From Candidatus Atabeyarchaeum deiterrae (GTDB lineage: Archaea > Asgardarchaeota > Atabeyarchaeia > Atabeyarchaeales > Atabeyarchaeaceae): DNA of 64,000 bases. The stretch spans positions 2,176,001-2,240,000 of the forward strand of contig CP147780.1 in the NCBI GenBank assembly GCA_037310415.1. Direction: 5' to 3'. The notes under the pieces are model-generated. The model ran no database searches and was not told the DNA's origin. It saw only the letters and a program-made list of their open reading frames with translations. Numbering within the stretch: position 1 is the first letter of the stretch; the number at the start of each line of letters is the position of its first letter. Both the position numbers and the translations under genes were made by a program. Positions 1-10,744 of the stretch are shown here, in pieces.

Positions 1-117
1 AAAGCGCGAAAATCCCTAACGCGGCTGTATCCAGGCCTCTTGAAACCAATGACATGCTACAATGAATGAGATGGTCAATCTTCGGCCTCTGAAAATACCA
101 AGGATGATTACACCCCG

Positions 118-672
118 TTGAAGCGATTGCTTTATGAGTCAGAACATTCTGATCTTGTTCAATTGAGGGGGTGTATGTTTTCGATGTCTGAGGATGATGA
201 ATCTGAGGAGAGAGACCAATTTGAAGCGCCACCACGACCACTTAGACTTTTTGAGAATGATAGAATTCACGGCGACAAGGCGATTTTTGACAAGTCTTGG
301 CACGGCAGCAGAGGCGGACAGGGAATAGAAGCCTACAGGGATCCTGAGCACGTACTGGCGCGGAAGGATGCTGATGATGTTAAAATCTCAATAGCCAAGG
401 AGAAAAGATTCCTAGCGTTCAGTGTGGCTATGACAGTCTTGGGCGCTCTCATCGCGACGTGGAGCTTAGTGTTCCAACCCGCGATATATTTCACAATGTA
501 CGTAGCTGGTTCATTAGAGCCAGCTTCGGTCGTCCCATTTTGGATAATTCTTCTCGGTTTGGGTCTGGCTGCTATTTTTGGTTTGACCAGTATTAGCACA
601 GCACGCAGTATCAGCGATATGAAAGTCGTGGAAGAAGAGGAGAAGAAATTCACAAGAAGCGCTAGAAATTGA
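118..672 (+). CDS. Hypothetical membrane protein (acidic N-terminus, 2 C-terminal TM helices); true start probably near 175-184
   Basis: 184-aa ORF with two hydrophobic segments (FLAFSVAMTVLGALIATW; FWIILLGLGLAAIFGL). Confidence 0.6.
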   Translation: MKRLLYESEHSDLVQLRGCMFSMSEDDESEERDQFEAPPRPLRLFENDRIHGDKAIFDKSWHGSRGGQGIEAYRDPEHVLARKDADDVKISIAKEKRFLAFSVAMTVLGALIATWSLVFQPAIYFTMYVAGSLEPASVVPFWIILLGLGLAAIFGLTSISTARSISDMKVVEEEEKKFTRSARN

Positions 673-853
673 GACGCTTGTATATGAGTGTTATTGTAGC
701 ACCGGCGTGAAGAATGATTTTGCAGTCTATTCCAAGCACTTCCTTCCCATTTCCTATTGGGCGCCGGACTTCAGTCAACCTTATTATACTAGAACCTGCC
801 ATATTCAGATTTCACCTTCTGATTTCTTGAAGCTTTGGTGGTGTGATATTACA

Positions 854-2005
854 TTGAACAAGGAAGAAAGAATCATGACCGCATTGAGAAGAGAGGAACC
901 CGATGTTGTCCCCACGCATGTCCTGGCAATTGATGCGAATAACGTAGATAAAATTCTCGGGAAGCCTCCCCAGACTGACTTTGAAATGGTTGAGGAATTC
1001 AAGAAATCCTACCCCAAGACATACGTTGAAGAGTTGAACAAGATTATTCCTCTCATCGAGACCACAATATTCTCGCGAATGATGAAGGCTGCTGCTAAGA
1101 TCGGGTTCGATGCTTGCCAGATAGGGATAATTCCCCTCAGGTTCAAGAGTGAACATGAGTTCACCGACATTTTCGGTAGAATCTGGGTAGTGCAGAACAA
1201 TGAGGGCAACTTCTTCCCCTTCTACAGAGGCGGGCAGATCACGTCGAAAGAGAAATGGGAAAAGTGGCCGAAACCCGATCCAAAGGACTACGTTAAGACA
1301 GCTAAGGAATTCTACAAGAGTATCTTGAAGGAACTCAAGGGCGAAGAGATTGTACCAGTAGTAACAAACGATTTTGCAGGAGTCTTTGAGTCGACATGGC
1401 AAGGAATGGGACTGATTTTCTTCTCGAAAATGCTGATCCTCGAACCAAAGTTCATAAAGCAGGTTGCCGAGCTATACACGGATTTTGCCATAGCGATCAA
1501 CGATGCCTTCATGGATGTGGGCGCTAAGATTATTGTCGAGTCAGGAGATATCGCATACAAACAACAACCCATGATTAATCCGAAGACCTTCGAGCAGATC
1601 TTTCAGCCTTGTTACAAGAGGATCACGGACGCGGTTCACGCAAGAAAAGGAATTTCAATTCTGCACACTGACGGATTCGTTGAACCGTTTCTCGACATGA
1701 CGATCAATGCTGGTTTTGATGGGCTTCACAGCCTCGAACCCACCGCCGGTGTAGACTTAGAGAGAGTGAAGAAGAAAGTTGGCAACAAGCTTGCCTTGCT
1801 AGGCAACATCGACATAGCTCACGTGCTTTCGAAGGGAACAAAGGAAGACGTCGAAAACGATGTGAAACGGGCAATAAGGCAAGCAGGCAAAGGAGGAGGC
1901 TTCATCATATCGCCCACGAACATGCACCCTGGCGTAAGACCTGAGAACTTAAGGTGGATGGTCGAAGCAACTCAGAAGTACGGAAAATATCCTCTGCACG
2001 TCTAA
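854..2005 (+). CDS. Uroporphyrinogen decarboxylase (URO-D)/MtaA-CmuA-like family protein
   Basis: ERIMTALRREEPDVVP N-terminus, SGDIAYK, ILHTDG, LLGNID and GGGFIISPTN motifs; TTG at 854 after GGTGGTG RBS (ORF track starts at 707). Confidence 0.85.
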   Translation: MNKEERIMTALRREEPDVVPTHVLAIDANNVDKILGKPPQTDFEMVEEFKKSYPKTYVEELNKIIPLIETTIFSRMMKAAAKIGFDACQIGIIPLRFKSEHEFTDIFGRIWVVQNNEGNFFPFYRGGQITSKEKWEKWPKPDPKDYVKTAKEFYKSILKELKGEEIVPVVTNDFAGVFESTWQGMGLIFFSKMLILEPKFIKQVAELYTDFAIAINDAFMDVGAKIIVESGDIAYKQQPMINPKTFEQIFQPCYKRITDAVHARKGISILHTDGFVEPFLDMTINAGFDGLHSLEPTAGVDLERVKKKVGNKLALLGNIDIAHVLSKGTKEDVENDVKRAIRQAGKGGGFIISPTNMHPGVRPENLRWMVEATQKYGKYPLHV

Positions 2006-2156
2006 GGGAGAAGCCGGACAACCCTAGACCAGTTGTCCTTTAATTTCGAGTATATCCATTTCAGAATGATGTTAGATGCAATTCTCGAAAGATGTATATA
2101 AATGGTCCCAGTATCAGACGAATGGTTCATTCATGATATGAAGGTGTATTCTAACT

Positions 2157-4118
2157 ATGTCTCAAGATAAGCGATTTCCTATCGAGTCTCTGCTCTCGGC
2201 GCGGCGATTGGTTTCGCCTCAACTCTACGGAAACAGAGTGTATTTCGCGAGTGACATGAGCGGGGTCATAAGCCTCTACGCGATGGACAAGGACGGCAGT
2301 CTGCCAGAGCCGCTTCTGCCAGCTGGACTTGCTCTCCAGAATCCTCACTTGCTCGAAGGAACATACCTTTTCCATGTCTTACCACAGTTGAAGAAGATAC
2401 TCGTATTGATTGACAATAACGGTGACGAAAACTACCAGCCCTGCTTCATTCCACTCGACGGTGGAATTCCTGAGCCAATATTCGGAGACAGATATCAGGG
2501 CGAGCAAATGGCGTGCATGGACGTTGATGTCAAGCAGAATATCACGTACTTCCGTCGGGATGACAGAAAGACAGCTGACGTTGAATGCCTTCAGGTAAGA
2601 CTGGATACGGTGACAATCAAATCTCTTGGCAAGAGCATCTATGGAAACACTTTCCTTGCGGCCAATAGGGACCATTCCCAAGTGATCACGGTTGATACGT
2701 ACACCGCTTCTGATGATGTGCTGTTCCATTGGCAGGATGATGGCAATGGGAGACGACTCTTATTTGGGACTCCGATTGACAAGCGCGTTCCTTCACAGCC
2801 CGTCAAGCTTACGGGTTTCAATACAGCGAGTTTCAACGATGGGGACAGAGGTCTTGTAATCAAGACAACCCTCTTTAATGATGCTGGGGGCCTCGCTTAC
2901 CTTCCGCTTGTGGACTCGGGTGAACCGACTGAGATTCCGATCTCAGGTTTGAAGCACACAGGAAAGGGTGAACTTGTCGGCTCACGCCACGTTGGCGGGG
3001 ATGAATTTCTCTTAGAATACAACATTGATGGCTGTTCATGGCTATACCAAGCGCGGCTTCACAAGAAGGGAACACTACGCATGGAAGTAGAAGACGTGAT
3101 CTGTGGGTTACCTCCGGTTTCGGACGGTGTTCTTCAAGGGTATGAATTCGAGTTGAGTGATAGAAAACATGGCCCAAATGCCGAATACGTGTTTTCATTC
3201 ACCAAGGCTACGATGCCTTCTCAACTCTACCTGTTTAACCCAGATTCCTCCCAGAAAAGAGAGAGACAGTTGAGGGTTCTATCAAAGGAGCGGATACTCG
3301 GAATCGATCTGAAACATCTCTCCGAAGGTGAAGATGCAAGTTACACGACTTTCGACGGTCTGCGAATCTCAGCGCGTCTGTACATGCCTTCCAAAGATCT
3401 CGGCTTTGAAGGACCGAGACCATTGGTACTCTACGTGCATGGTGGACCTCAAAGCCAGGAAAGACCAGACTTCACATGGTTCTCAATGCCACTCATCCAG
3501 TACCTAACGCTAAATGGTTTCGCCGTGTTTGTGCCAAACGTACGCGGCAGCACGGGATACGGTTTGAAACACATGAAGATGGTTGACCGCGATTGGGGAG
3601 GCAAAGACAGATTAGACCAAATTGAAGGCTTGAAGATGTTGGAGAAGGACGCACGGATCGACTCCTCAAGAAGAGCCGTAATCGGCAGGTCATATGGAGG
3701 ATACATGTCTCTAACACTCGTCTCTCGACACCCTGACCTGTGGAAGGCCGGATGCGACATGTTCGGTCCTTACGACTTGATAGGCTTCATGAATAGCCTG
3801 CCGGAGACATGGAAGACTGCCTTCTACCTCGTACTTGGGGATCCCGAAAAGGATCGTGATTTTCTATTGGAGCGTTCTCCGAAAACGTATTTCGATGATA
3901 TCTCATGTCCAATGCTAATCATACAGGGAAAGAATGATCCAAGGGTCGTGAAGACTGAAACAGATAAAGTTGTGGAGAACCTTAGAGCAAGAAACCTAGA
4001 AGTAGATTACCTTGCTTTCGAAGATGAGGGACACGATGTGCTGAAGTTCAAAAACCGAGTTGCCTGTTACACGATGATCAAAGACTTCTTCAGCAAACAT
4101 CTGAAACCTCTATCTTAG
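2157..4118 (+). CDS. S9 family serine peptidase (acylaminoacyl/prolyl oligopeptidase-like)
   Basis: VHGGP, PNVRGSTGYG, GRSYGG nucleophile, NDPRV Asp and DEGH His; beta-propeller-like N-terminal region. Confidence 0.92.
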   Translation: MSQDKRFPIESLLSARRLVSPQLYGNRVYFASDMSGVISLYAMDKDGSLPEPLLPAGLALQNPHLLEGTYLFHVLPQLKKILVLIDNNGDENYQPCFIPLDGGIPEPIFGDRYQGEQMACMDVDVKQNITYFRRDDRKTADVECLQVRLDTVTIKSLGKSIYGNTFLAANRDHSQVITVDTYTASDDVLFHWQDDGNGRRLLFGTPIDKRVPSQPVKLTGFNTASFNDGDRGLVIKTTLFNDAGGLAYLPLVDSGEPTEIPISGLKHTGKGELVGSRHVGGDEFLLEYNIDGCSWLYQARLHKKGTLRMEVEDVICGLPPVSDGVLQGYEFELSDRKHGPNAEYVFSFTKATMPSQLYLFNPDSSQKRERQLRVLSKERILGIDLKHLSEGEDASYTTFDGLRISARLYMPSKDLGFEGPRPLVLYVHGGPQSQERPDFTWFSMPLIQYLTLNGFAVFVPNVRGSTGYGLKHMKMVDRDWGGKDRLDQIEGLKMLEKDARIDSSRRAVIGRSYGGYMSLTLVSRHPDLWKAGCDMFGPYDLIGFMNSLPETWKTAFYLVLGDPEKDRDFLLERSPKTYFDDISCPMLIIQGKNDPRVVKTETDKVVENLRARNLEVDYLAFEDEGHDVLKFKNRVACYTMIKDFFSKHLKPLS

Positions 4119-4127
4119 CTCCTTGGA

Positions 4128-4916
4128 CTAGGAGCCTGTTCGTGAGCGAGAAACATCGAAACGCTTTAACTGCGAGATTCCTGCTTCACTGACACTTTTC
4201 ACTGTCTCTAGCTGCGCCGTCTCAATTCTATTGATCATTCTTGCAGCAACCTCCTCCAGATCGCCTTCTTTGGAGCCGCAGCCGGATTGCTGTCCATTAC
4301 TGTATCCCATATAGTCTTCAAAAATGCTTAGAATTGCTCTTACTACTCGTGAAGCCTCGTTTCTCGCAAATCGCAGATAGATCTCCATGTGGTTGCCGAG
4401 AGTGTTTCTCACATAGAGCGATATCACAAATCGATCGTCGCCTACATAAAAGACATCGAATAGATCCAGACGGAAGAAATACGAGATATCCTTTGCATCC
4501 TCATCACCGGAAAGAGTAAACATTAAGAATGGGACTCTCAAGTTATCGGAGTAGTCTTCGCTTTGAATCACTATTTCGTTGTATCTTCCGTAGTCTCCGG
4601 TGAACTTCTCTTCGAGGTTGAGTTCCTGCCTGAATTCATCTAATGCCTTCATTTGTTCTTCAGTTGAAATGTTTCTTGCCCCATCGAGAACAGTAAGGAA
4701 CTCTTCGTCAGGCTCGCCATCGAAGAAGTGTACTCCTCTGCCTATGAAGAGCCTACTGAGGATTTTCTGTAGCATGAGCTCACCTAGGGCGAATGCATTA
4801 GTCTCAGCGTCATAACACAAGTCTATTATCTCGAACACTTGTGGACACCTACCTCTTGTTCGTTCATTCATCAGTCTCAATTGGGTAGTTGCTCTGCAAC
4901 CTGAGTCCTTCGGCAT
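4128..4916 (-). CDS. Hypothetical protein
   Basis: 262-aa ORF with protein-like acidic composition; no motif recognised. Confidence 0.55.
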   Translation of the reverse strand: MPKDSGCRATTQLRLMNERTRGRCPQVFEIIDLCYDAETNAFALGELMLQKILSRLFIGRGVHFFDGEPDEEFLTVLDGARNISTEEQMKALDEFRQELNLEEKFTGDYGRYNEIVIQSEDYSDNLRVPFLMFTLSGDEDAKDISYFFRLDLFDVFYVGDDRFVISLYVRNTLGNHMEIYLRFARNEASRVVRAILSIFEDYMGYSNGQQSGCGSKEGDLEEVAARMINRIETAQLETVKSVSEAGISQLKRFDVSRSRTGS

Positions 4917-5268
4917 CTCATCGTGTAATATAGGACCAAAGGTTAGGAAACCTAAGCCTACCCTTCAGCATGATTCCATTTCCGCGCAGAGGTCATTCTT
5001 CCTTTGTATCCGGCGTCCAGATTTGCAGTCGTGAATTGCTATTGCGATTCTCTCAATTTTCTCCCCAATTGACTGTCGTCTCATGTGATAATTGTAAATT
5101 AATATATTAAAGTAACCATTCGTCTGCGGATGCCGCAATATTTGAACACACCTGCGGATTCGACTGTTCAACTGCGATAGAAGTGTATCACGCGCAACAG
5201 AAAAAGAGAACGGAACGCCCATGAGGACTCCATATTTGCACGCGAAATCCATGAGCTTCCTGGATGTC

Positions 5269-6444
5269 CTACTTCTTCTTACTTCCCTTGAATTCCTTGT
5301 AGACTTCTCGCTGTATTAGGAATCTACAAATCTCTGCGGTTCCGCCGCCTATCGTCGCGAGCCTTGCAGTTCGGGCAAGCATTTCGATGGGATACTCCTT
5401 CGTGTAGCCGATTCCTCCAAGGACTTGAAGTGCCTGGTAGGTCACGTCGATTGCAGTTTCCGAGGCGAATAGTTTAGCCATCGTAGCGTGCTTCGTAGCT
5501 GGGAGACCCTTGTCGAGTCTTCTGGCTGCTTCGAGGGCTAGTAATCGAGTTGCTTCTATTCTCGTCGCCATGTCAGCCACCTTGAAGCTTACTGCCTCAA
5601 ATCTACTAATGGTCTGGTCAAACTGCACTCGCTCGGTAGAGTACTTTACGGCGATATCGAGAGCTGCTCTCGCCCCACCAATCAGTTGTCCTGCAATAGC
5701 AGTTCTTTCACTGTCGAGTTCATCCATCAATATTGGAAAACCAAAACTCTCTGCTCCAAGAAGATTCTCTTTTGGAACATTCACGTTTTCGAACTTCAGG
5801 TGCGAGACCTTTGCCCCGTCTAACCCCATCAACTCGTAGTCTTTGAGGGCGGTGAATCCAGGCATGCCCTTCTCAATTATGAAGGCAGACATCCCTTGGT
5901 GCGGGTGTACCTTCGGGTTCGTAATTGCGAATATGCAGAGGAAATCGGCTTGACTGCCATTGGTGATGAAGCGCTTCTCGCCATTTAGAACATAGTGATC
6001 TCCTTCTTTCCTAGCATTGGTTTTCATTCCAGCAGTGTCGGATCCGACGTCGGGTTCAGTTATGCCTATCGCTCCAATCTTTTCTCCTTTGATCACTGGA
6101 GCTAAGTACTTATGCCTTTGCTCTTTAGTCCCGAATCTGTTTAATGGCATGCCATAAAGGCACACGGAAGCTAGACGGCAGAGGTCGAGTGAGCCACTTG
6201 CGTAGGCAATCTCGTCACCAACGATTATCTCATACGCCAATCCTTTTGCCGACCCGCCGACATCCTTTGGATGCAGGACTCCAAGGAAACCCTGCGCTCC
6301 GAGTTTCCTGAATGATTTCTTGATGAGTTCATAACCATTTTTCTTCTCTATTCCGGTGACCATCGGCTCTATCTCATTCTTGACGAATTCTCGTAGTTCA
6401 TCTCTGAACTTGTTTTCTTCTTCTGTGAAAAACACGGAACTCAT
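5269..6444 (-). CDS. Acyl-CoA dehydrogenase
   Basis: GAIGITEPDVGSD, LNGEKRFITNG, RVQF, MAKLFASE, QVLGGIGY, IGGGTAEI. Confidence 0.95.
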   Translation of the reverse strand: MSSVFFTEEENKFRDELREFVKNEIEPMVTGIEKKNGYELIKKSFRKLGAQGFLGVLHPKDVGGSAKGLAYEIIVGDEIAYASGSLDLCRLASVCLYGMPLNRFGTKEQRHKYLAPVIKGEKIGAIGITEPDVGSDTAGMKTNARKEGDHYVLNGEKRFITNGSQADFLCIFAITNPKVHPHQGMSAFIIEKGMPGFTALKDYELMGLDGAKVSHLKFENVNVPKENLLGAESFGFPILMDELDSERTAIAGQLIGGARAALDIAVKYSTERVQFDQTISRFEAVSFKVADMATRIEATRLLALEAARRLDKGLPATKHATMAKLFASETAIDVTYQALQVLGGIGYTKEYPIEMLARTARLATIGGGTAEICRFLIQREVYKEFKGSKKK

Positions 6445-6860
6445 AATTCGCCTCTCCTGTTGTACAGGTTTGTTCCGAACTTAGATAAAACGTTTTACTT
6501 TTCTCATTATTGTAAAGTTTCAAAACCCATTGGCGCCCCAGCAACTTCACCATACTGGCAGCTAAAGTTTCGACAAAGCACGAGATCCCCGCCCCTTCGG
6601 CCCAGCGCCTTAGGGTCCACGTTAAACCCCCGACTGCGAGCATAGTCAACTATGTCCTGAACCGTGTTCTCGGTCTCCAAGCGAGGCATGTCCTTCAAGT
6701 AGATCCAGAGAAGCTCCTCTTACCGACCCACCGAATTGCCATACGTGTCTCGCTTTTGGCCCATAAGAAAACTGACGATCTCCTCATTGATACCTGCCCG
6801 TAGTTTCCCGAGTACGCAGGCGATCTGACCGTTAGTGACTGGGGAACACAATAGCTTCTT

Positions 6861-7124
6861 TCACACCTTTCGGTACGCCTCTCTCCGGTGGCGAACATAG
6901 AAAATGGTTAGGATCCTTGATTTGGTCTCAATCTCGTAAATGACTCTGTAGTCACCTACGCGAATTCGATAGAGTTGTTCTGCTCCTCGAAGTTTGCGGA
7001 GCCCAGGAGGGAAAGGATTGCCTGCAAGAGATTCGACGGCGCTGATTATGCGGGCGACTTGTTGGCGATCAATGCTCCTCAGGTCTCGTTCCGCTGACCG
7101 CTTCCATCGTATTTCATACTTCAT
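6861..7124 (-). CDS. relE: RelE/ParE family type II toxin (mRNA interferase)
   Basis: 87 aa, basic; KLRG..YRIRVGDYRVIYEI..VRHRREAY signature. Confidence 0.9.
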   Translation of the reverse strand: MKYEIRWKRSAERDLRSIDRQQVARIISAVESLAGNPFPPGLRKLRGAEQLYRIRVGDYRVIYEIETKSRILTIFYVRHRREAYRKV

Positions 7125-7369
7125 AGCAACCCGTCTTCTTTCAGTTTCTCCTTGAGTTCACCGAAAGAAACTGTGGGTTCGTCTCGGCGCTCAGCAATGA
7201 CGGCAAGGTCATGCAGATCCTCAAGGAGTTCCTCGTACTCCTCAATCGGTAGGATTATCGCTTTTCTCTGGCCTTCTTCATTCACGATGTACCGATCGTC
7301 GACTTCTTTCTTCAACTTTGACCCTCTCTCAAATCTACTCCCGCGGGGCTTTATAAGATTTCGGCTCAT
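7121..7369 (-). CDS. Type II antitoxin (RelB/Phd-like), cognate of the downstream toxin; start may be TTG at 7315
   Basis: Acidic; AIILPIEEYEELLEDLHDL..E..VSF motif; 4-nt ATGA overlap with the toxin start. Confidence 0.8.
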   Translation of the reverse strand: MSRNLIKPRGSRFERGSKLKKEVDDRYIVNEEGQRKAIILPIEEYEELLEDLHDLAVIAERRDEPTVSFGELKEKLKEDGLL

Positions 7370-7659
7370 CTGACTTGGCTGTTACCTTGAACGGTTAGCG
7401 CGATGGTATGCGAGGTATTTTGGGTGGGAAGCGGTCGGTGCCAGCTGTGCAGGTGAATGGGCGCCTGCCCTTTATCAACGTAGTGAAGGAAGATTGAATG
7501 AGAATCAAGCAGGAGAATGGAAAAAGAAGGGGCGGAACATCAGGACTTTACATGTTTTTCCCACTCAGTTTCTTGCACATGGCTGGCAAGCCGAGAGGTC
7601 GCTGTTACCTGGACTATGTTCGAAGGCAGTGAGTGGATCCTCTGTAGTCCAAGGAATGG

Positions 7660-7880
7660 CTAAGCAGTGTATATTTCGGCTTCCCACGGATCCTGTTCAG
7701 ATCGGATTCTCCTCATGGTCCATATCGCCTGTCTTTGTCCAAGACCGACATGAGTTTGGCAAGGTGCTTACAGAGCATCTTCCGCGCAGCCACTTTGCCC
7801 CAGTCTGCACAGTCGTGAAGTGTGACTTTTTTGTCGGTGTCGATGACTTAGTTAAGCTCATGGATAAGTCTAATCCAAGT
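7660..7880 (-). pseudogene. Degraded SWIM-type zinc-finger protein remnant
   Basis: Manual minus-strand translation gives VIDTDKKVTLHDCADWGKVAARKMLCKHLAKLM (CxD..CKH pattern), with an in-frame TAA at 7848-7850 just upstream and an apparent frameshift near 7725. Confidence 0.55.
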
Positions 7881-8191
7881 ATCCTTGATTCCATGGTTCT
7901 ACAGAACACAACGCTTACACAAGCTAGTAGAGAGCCCGCTATGCAACTGCTCTTCAGTGAAGAATACTTGAGAATACGTGCGCGCTGCAAGGCGGTGGAA
8001 CCAAAAAAAGAGGGTTGATGAGTTCTGTAACTTCACAAAGTTGTAGAACGTAACTTCTTACATCCTCCTACAATGTCTAACTGAAGATGTATTTGCAGCG
8101 CGGGTTGGAGTTGTAGAAGTTGACCTACCAAGAAATGCTGAAATAGTCCAACGTTCAACATATGCTTAACGATTCGTCCGGCAATTAAAGT

Positions 8192-9013
8192 ATGAGGCGA
8201 ATGCTCAGAATGGAGAAGATAAGAGGACTTGCGAAGAGAATTGAGGAAGAAGGAAGCAGAACAACGCCGCTCAGCATCAGAAAGTTCCTCATAGGATCTG
8301 GTCTAAGCGCTCCCCTAGACAAGAAGAATACGGAGATCCTCATGATAACGGGCTGCTATGTGCCATACAGCAGCATCGAAGGATTCATTTCGCTTGTGAA
8401 GTTGCTGAAGCATTTCGGCGTGGATTTCACTTTCTTGGAGAAGGAATACTGTTGCTCAGAGCCGCTATTGCAGAAAGCGAAAACTAAGGAGGAAAAGGAC
8501 GCTGCGACAAAACTTGCCGAGAACTTCGTCAACAGAAATACTGCGGCAACGAAGAAGTTGGGAGCAAAGAGAGTAGCTTCAGTTTGCCTCGGATGTGCTT
8601 CAATGATGAAGCAGTACTCGGATCCAAATTTCGGTCTTGAGTTGCTCTACTATCCAAACCTATTGCTTGAATTGAATCCGAAGATGGAATACCACGGAAA
8701 AGAGAAAGTGGGATACTTTGTTCCATGCATGAGACACCACTTAGCTTATGCGCCAAAAGCGAAGGAAATCGATCTCATGTCCGCATCAAGTCTCCTGAAC
8801 TCAGTTGAGGGACTTAACTATGTCACGTTCGAGGGCATGTGTTGTGTTGACAACCCTTACGAGGCGATACGAGAGTTCAAAGACAAGGGTGTTCAGAGAG
8901 TTGTTACTCAGTGCTTTGGTTGCCAAGCATATCTGCAAGGAAATTCAATTGGTCTTGGAGGACCTCAGATCATTACTCTTCCTGAATTCATGATGGAGAG
9001 CTTAGTGAGGTGA
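8192..9013 (+). CDS. CCG-domain (cysteine-rich, HdrB/GlpC-like) Fe-S binding protein
   Basis: TGC, EYCCS, VCLGC, VPC, MCCV and QCFGC motifs in two repeats. Confidence 0.75.
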   Translation: MRRMLRMEKIRGLAKRIEEEGSRTTPLSIRKFLIGSGLSAPLDKKNTEILMITGCYVPYSSIEGFISLVKLLKHFGVDFTFLEKEYCCSEPLLQKAKTKEEKDAATKLAENFVNRNTAATKKLGAKRVASVCLGCASMMKQYSDPNFGLELLYYPNLLLELNPKMEYHGKEKVGYFVPCMRHHLAYAPKAKEIDLMSASSLLNSVEGLNYVTFEGMCCVDNPYEAIREFKDKGVQRVVTQCFGCQAYLQGNSIGLGGPQIITLPEFMMESLVR

Positions 9014-9053
9014 AAGGAAAGAATATCACCGGCGTGTGTAGGGGTGGGTCTGC

Positions 9054-9755
9054 TTGATCGAATCCGCGTACCTCGGGGTTGTACTGATAGGCTCACTTCA
9101 TGGTATCGAACCGGGTCATGGTTGGCCCGTAGCTTTCCTTTATTCCATCAAAAGAGAAAGACCGATCGTCTCCGGTTTGGTGACTTCTGGAATTCTTGCT
9201 TTCTTCCACTTTTCCTCTTCGATTGTAGCGGCTGCAGCGTATGTACTGCTATCTACTCTTCTCTATGTTCCCACGACCATCCTGAAGTATGTTGCTGCAG
9301 GGATTCTGATTGTGCTTGCAGTCAGTTTCTGGAGGGAAAAAGTTGAGGATGAGTTTGATGCTCAACATGGACACCTTCATGGTAATCCCAAAGAGATTGA
9401 ACACGAGCACGAACATGAGCATCCTAGTGGAGAGAGGCACATCCACATTCACAGACATTCAAAAAGCGTGAAGCTGAGTCTTGGTGGCATCGCCTTGTAT
9501 GCCTTTATGCTGGGGTTTGTTCATGAGGAGGAGTTCGCTCTTCTTGCGTTGGCGGTGGCTGGTGTGGACCCTTGGCTGTTGATGATTGTCTACGGCCTCG
9601 CGGTATCCGCTTCGCTAATAGGGGTTACTCTCCTGTGTGTCAAAGCATTCCAGTACTTCTTACCCAAGATCCAGAGGTATGCGAAATATGTCCCAAAGAT
9701 CAGCGCGATTACGCTTCTCGTACTTGCCGCGGCATTCGTTCTCAACATCGCGTAG
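9054..9755 (+). CDS. Nickel/cobalt transporter (NicO/RcnA-like) with His-rich loop
   Basis: GSLHGIEPGHGW motif; HGHLH..EHEHEHEH..HIHIHRH loop; LGFVHEEE; about 6 TM helices. Confidence 0.8.
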   Translation: MIESAYLGVVLIGSLHGIEPGHGWPVAFLYSIKRERPIVSGLVTSGILAFFHFSSSIVAAAAYVLLSTLLYVPTTILKYVAAGILIVLAVSFWREKVEDEFDAQHGHLHGNPKEIEHEHEHEHPSGERHIHIHRHSKSVKLSLGGIALYAFMLGFVHEEEFALLALAVAGVDPWLLMIVYGLAVSASLIGVTLLCVKAFQYFLPKIQRYAKYVPKISAITLLVLAAAFVLNIA

Positions 9756-9789
9756 AACTACATGAGAAAGAGAATTCAATGATCTTTAG

Positions 9790-10686
9790 TTATCTTCCTA
9801 GGAATTCCAAGAGATATCTGTTTACTAAATCTGGTGCTTCCTGTTGCACCCAATGTCCACAATCTGGAATGTATTTGATTTCATATGGTCCGTCCACATA
9901 CTTCTCCATTCCAAATGTCAAGGACTTGTCGAGTGCAGCATCGTTTTCTCCCCAGATGACAAGGGTCGGGCATTTTACCTTCGGAAACTTCTTGGTGACC
10001 TTTTCCCGTTGGTCTCTCGGCATTAGCATTATTTGTGCTGGGTTCATGTTTGCTCGGTAATAGTTGATGGAGGCAGTGAGTGCTCCCGGCTTTGACCAAG
10101 CCTCAATGAATCGCCTTGTGTCCTCTTCATTGAATGCCTTTTTGTTGACAGCAGACCCTATTAGCATCATCTTCAGGAATTCGAAGTTGTTCTGGCTCAG
10201 TATTTTTTCAGGGGCCTCTGGCTGCTGGAAGAAGAAAATGTACCAACTTTTCTGGAGTTGGCGAGCATTCATTGACAGGAAGGCTTCAGTGAGCGCGAAT
10301 GGGTGAGGGCAATTGAGGATAACGAGTTTGTTAATGCTTTGCGGAGCCATCATGGCTAGGCTCCATGCTACTGCCCCGCCCCAATCGTGCCCAACTATTG
10401 TTGCCTTCTTCTCGCCTAGCGCATCGATGAGACCCACGATATCTTGGACCAGCACCGAAGTAGAATAGTTCTTTAACCCCGTGGGTTTGTCGGTTTCATT
10501 GTACCCCCGCAAATCCGGAGCCACAACCCTGAAGCGCTCTGATAGTGCGGGAATCTGGTGCCGCCACGAGTACCAGAACTCAGGGAACCCATGAAGAAGT
10601 AATACTAGCCCGCCCGAGCCATCCGCGACATAGTGGATGTTGATATTGTTGGCGTTAATGTAGGCGTGTTTCCAAATTCCTCCCAA
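9790..10686 (-). CDS. Alpha/beta hydrolase, epoxide hydrolase-like
   Basis: LLHGFPEFWYSWRHQ, GHDWGG, YYRA, WGEND, GHWVQQE. Confidence 0.9.
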   Translation of the reverse strand: MGGIWKHAYINANNINIHYVADGSGGLVLLLHGFPEFWYSWRHQIPALSERFRVVAPDLRGYNETDKPTGLKNYSTSVLVQDIVGLIDALGEKKATIVGHDWGGAVAWSLAMMAPQSINKLVILNCPHPFALTEAFLSMNARQLQKSWYIFFFQQPEAPEKILSQNNFEFLKMMLIGSAVNKKAFNEEDTRRFIEAWSKPGALTASINYYRANMNPAQIMLMPRDQREKVTKKFPKVKCPTLVIWGENDAALDKSLTFGMEKYVDGPYEIKYIPDCGHWVQQEAPDLVNRYLLEFLGR

Positions 10687-10744
10687 GTTCAGTTACCTCC
10701 TATGGATGCTATGAATCAAATCTTAGGCGTCTTAGCCAAGCATC

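Noticed and set aside
7494-8018. 174-aa plus-strand ORF
   Set aside because: No recognisable motif; it is antisense to a recognisable zinc-finger remnant.
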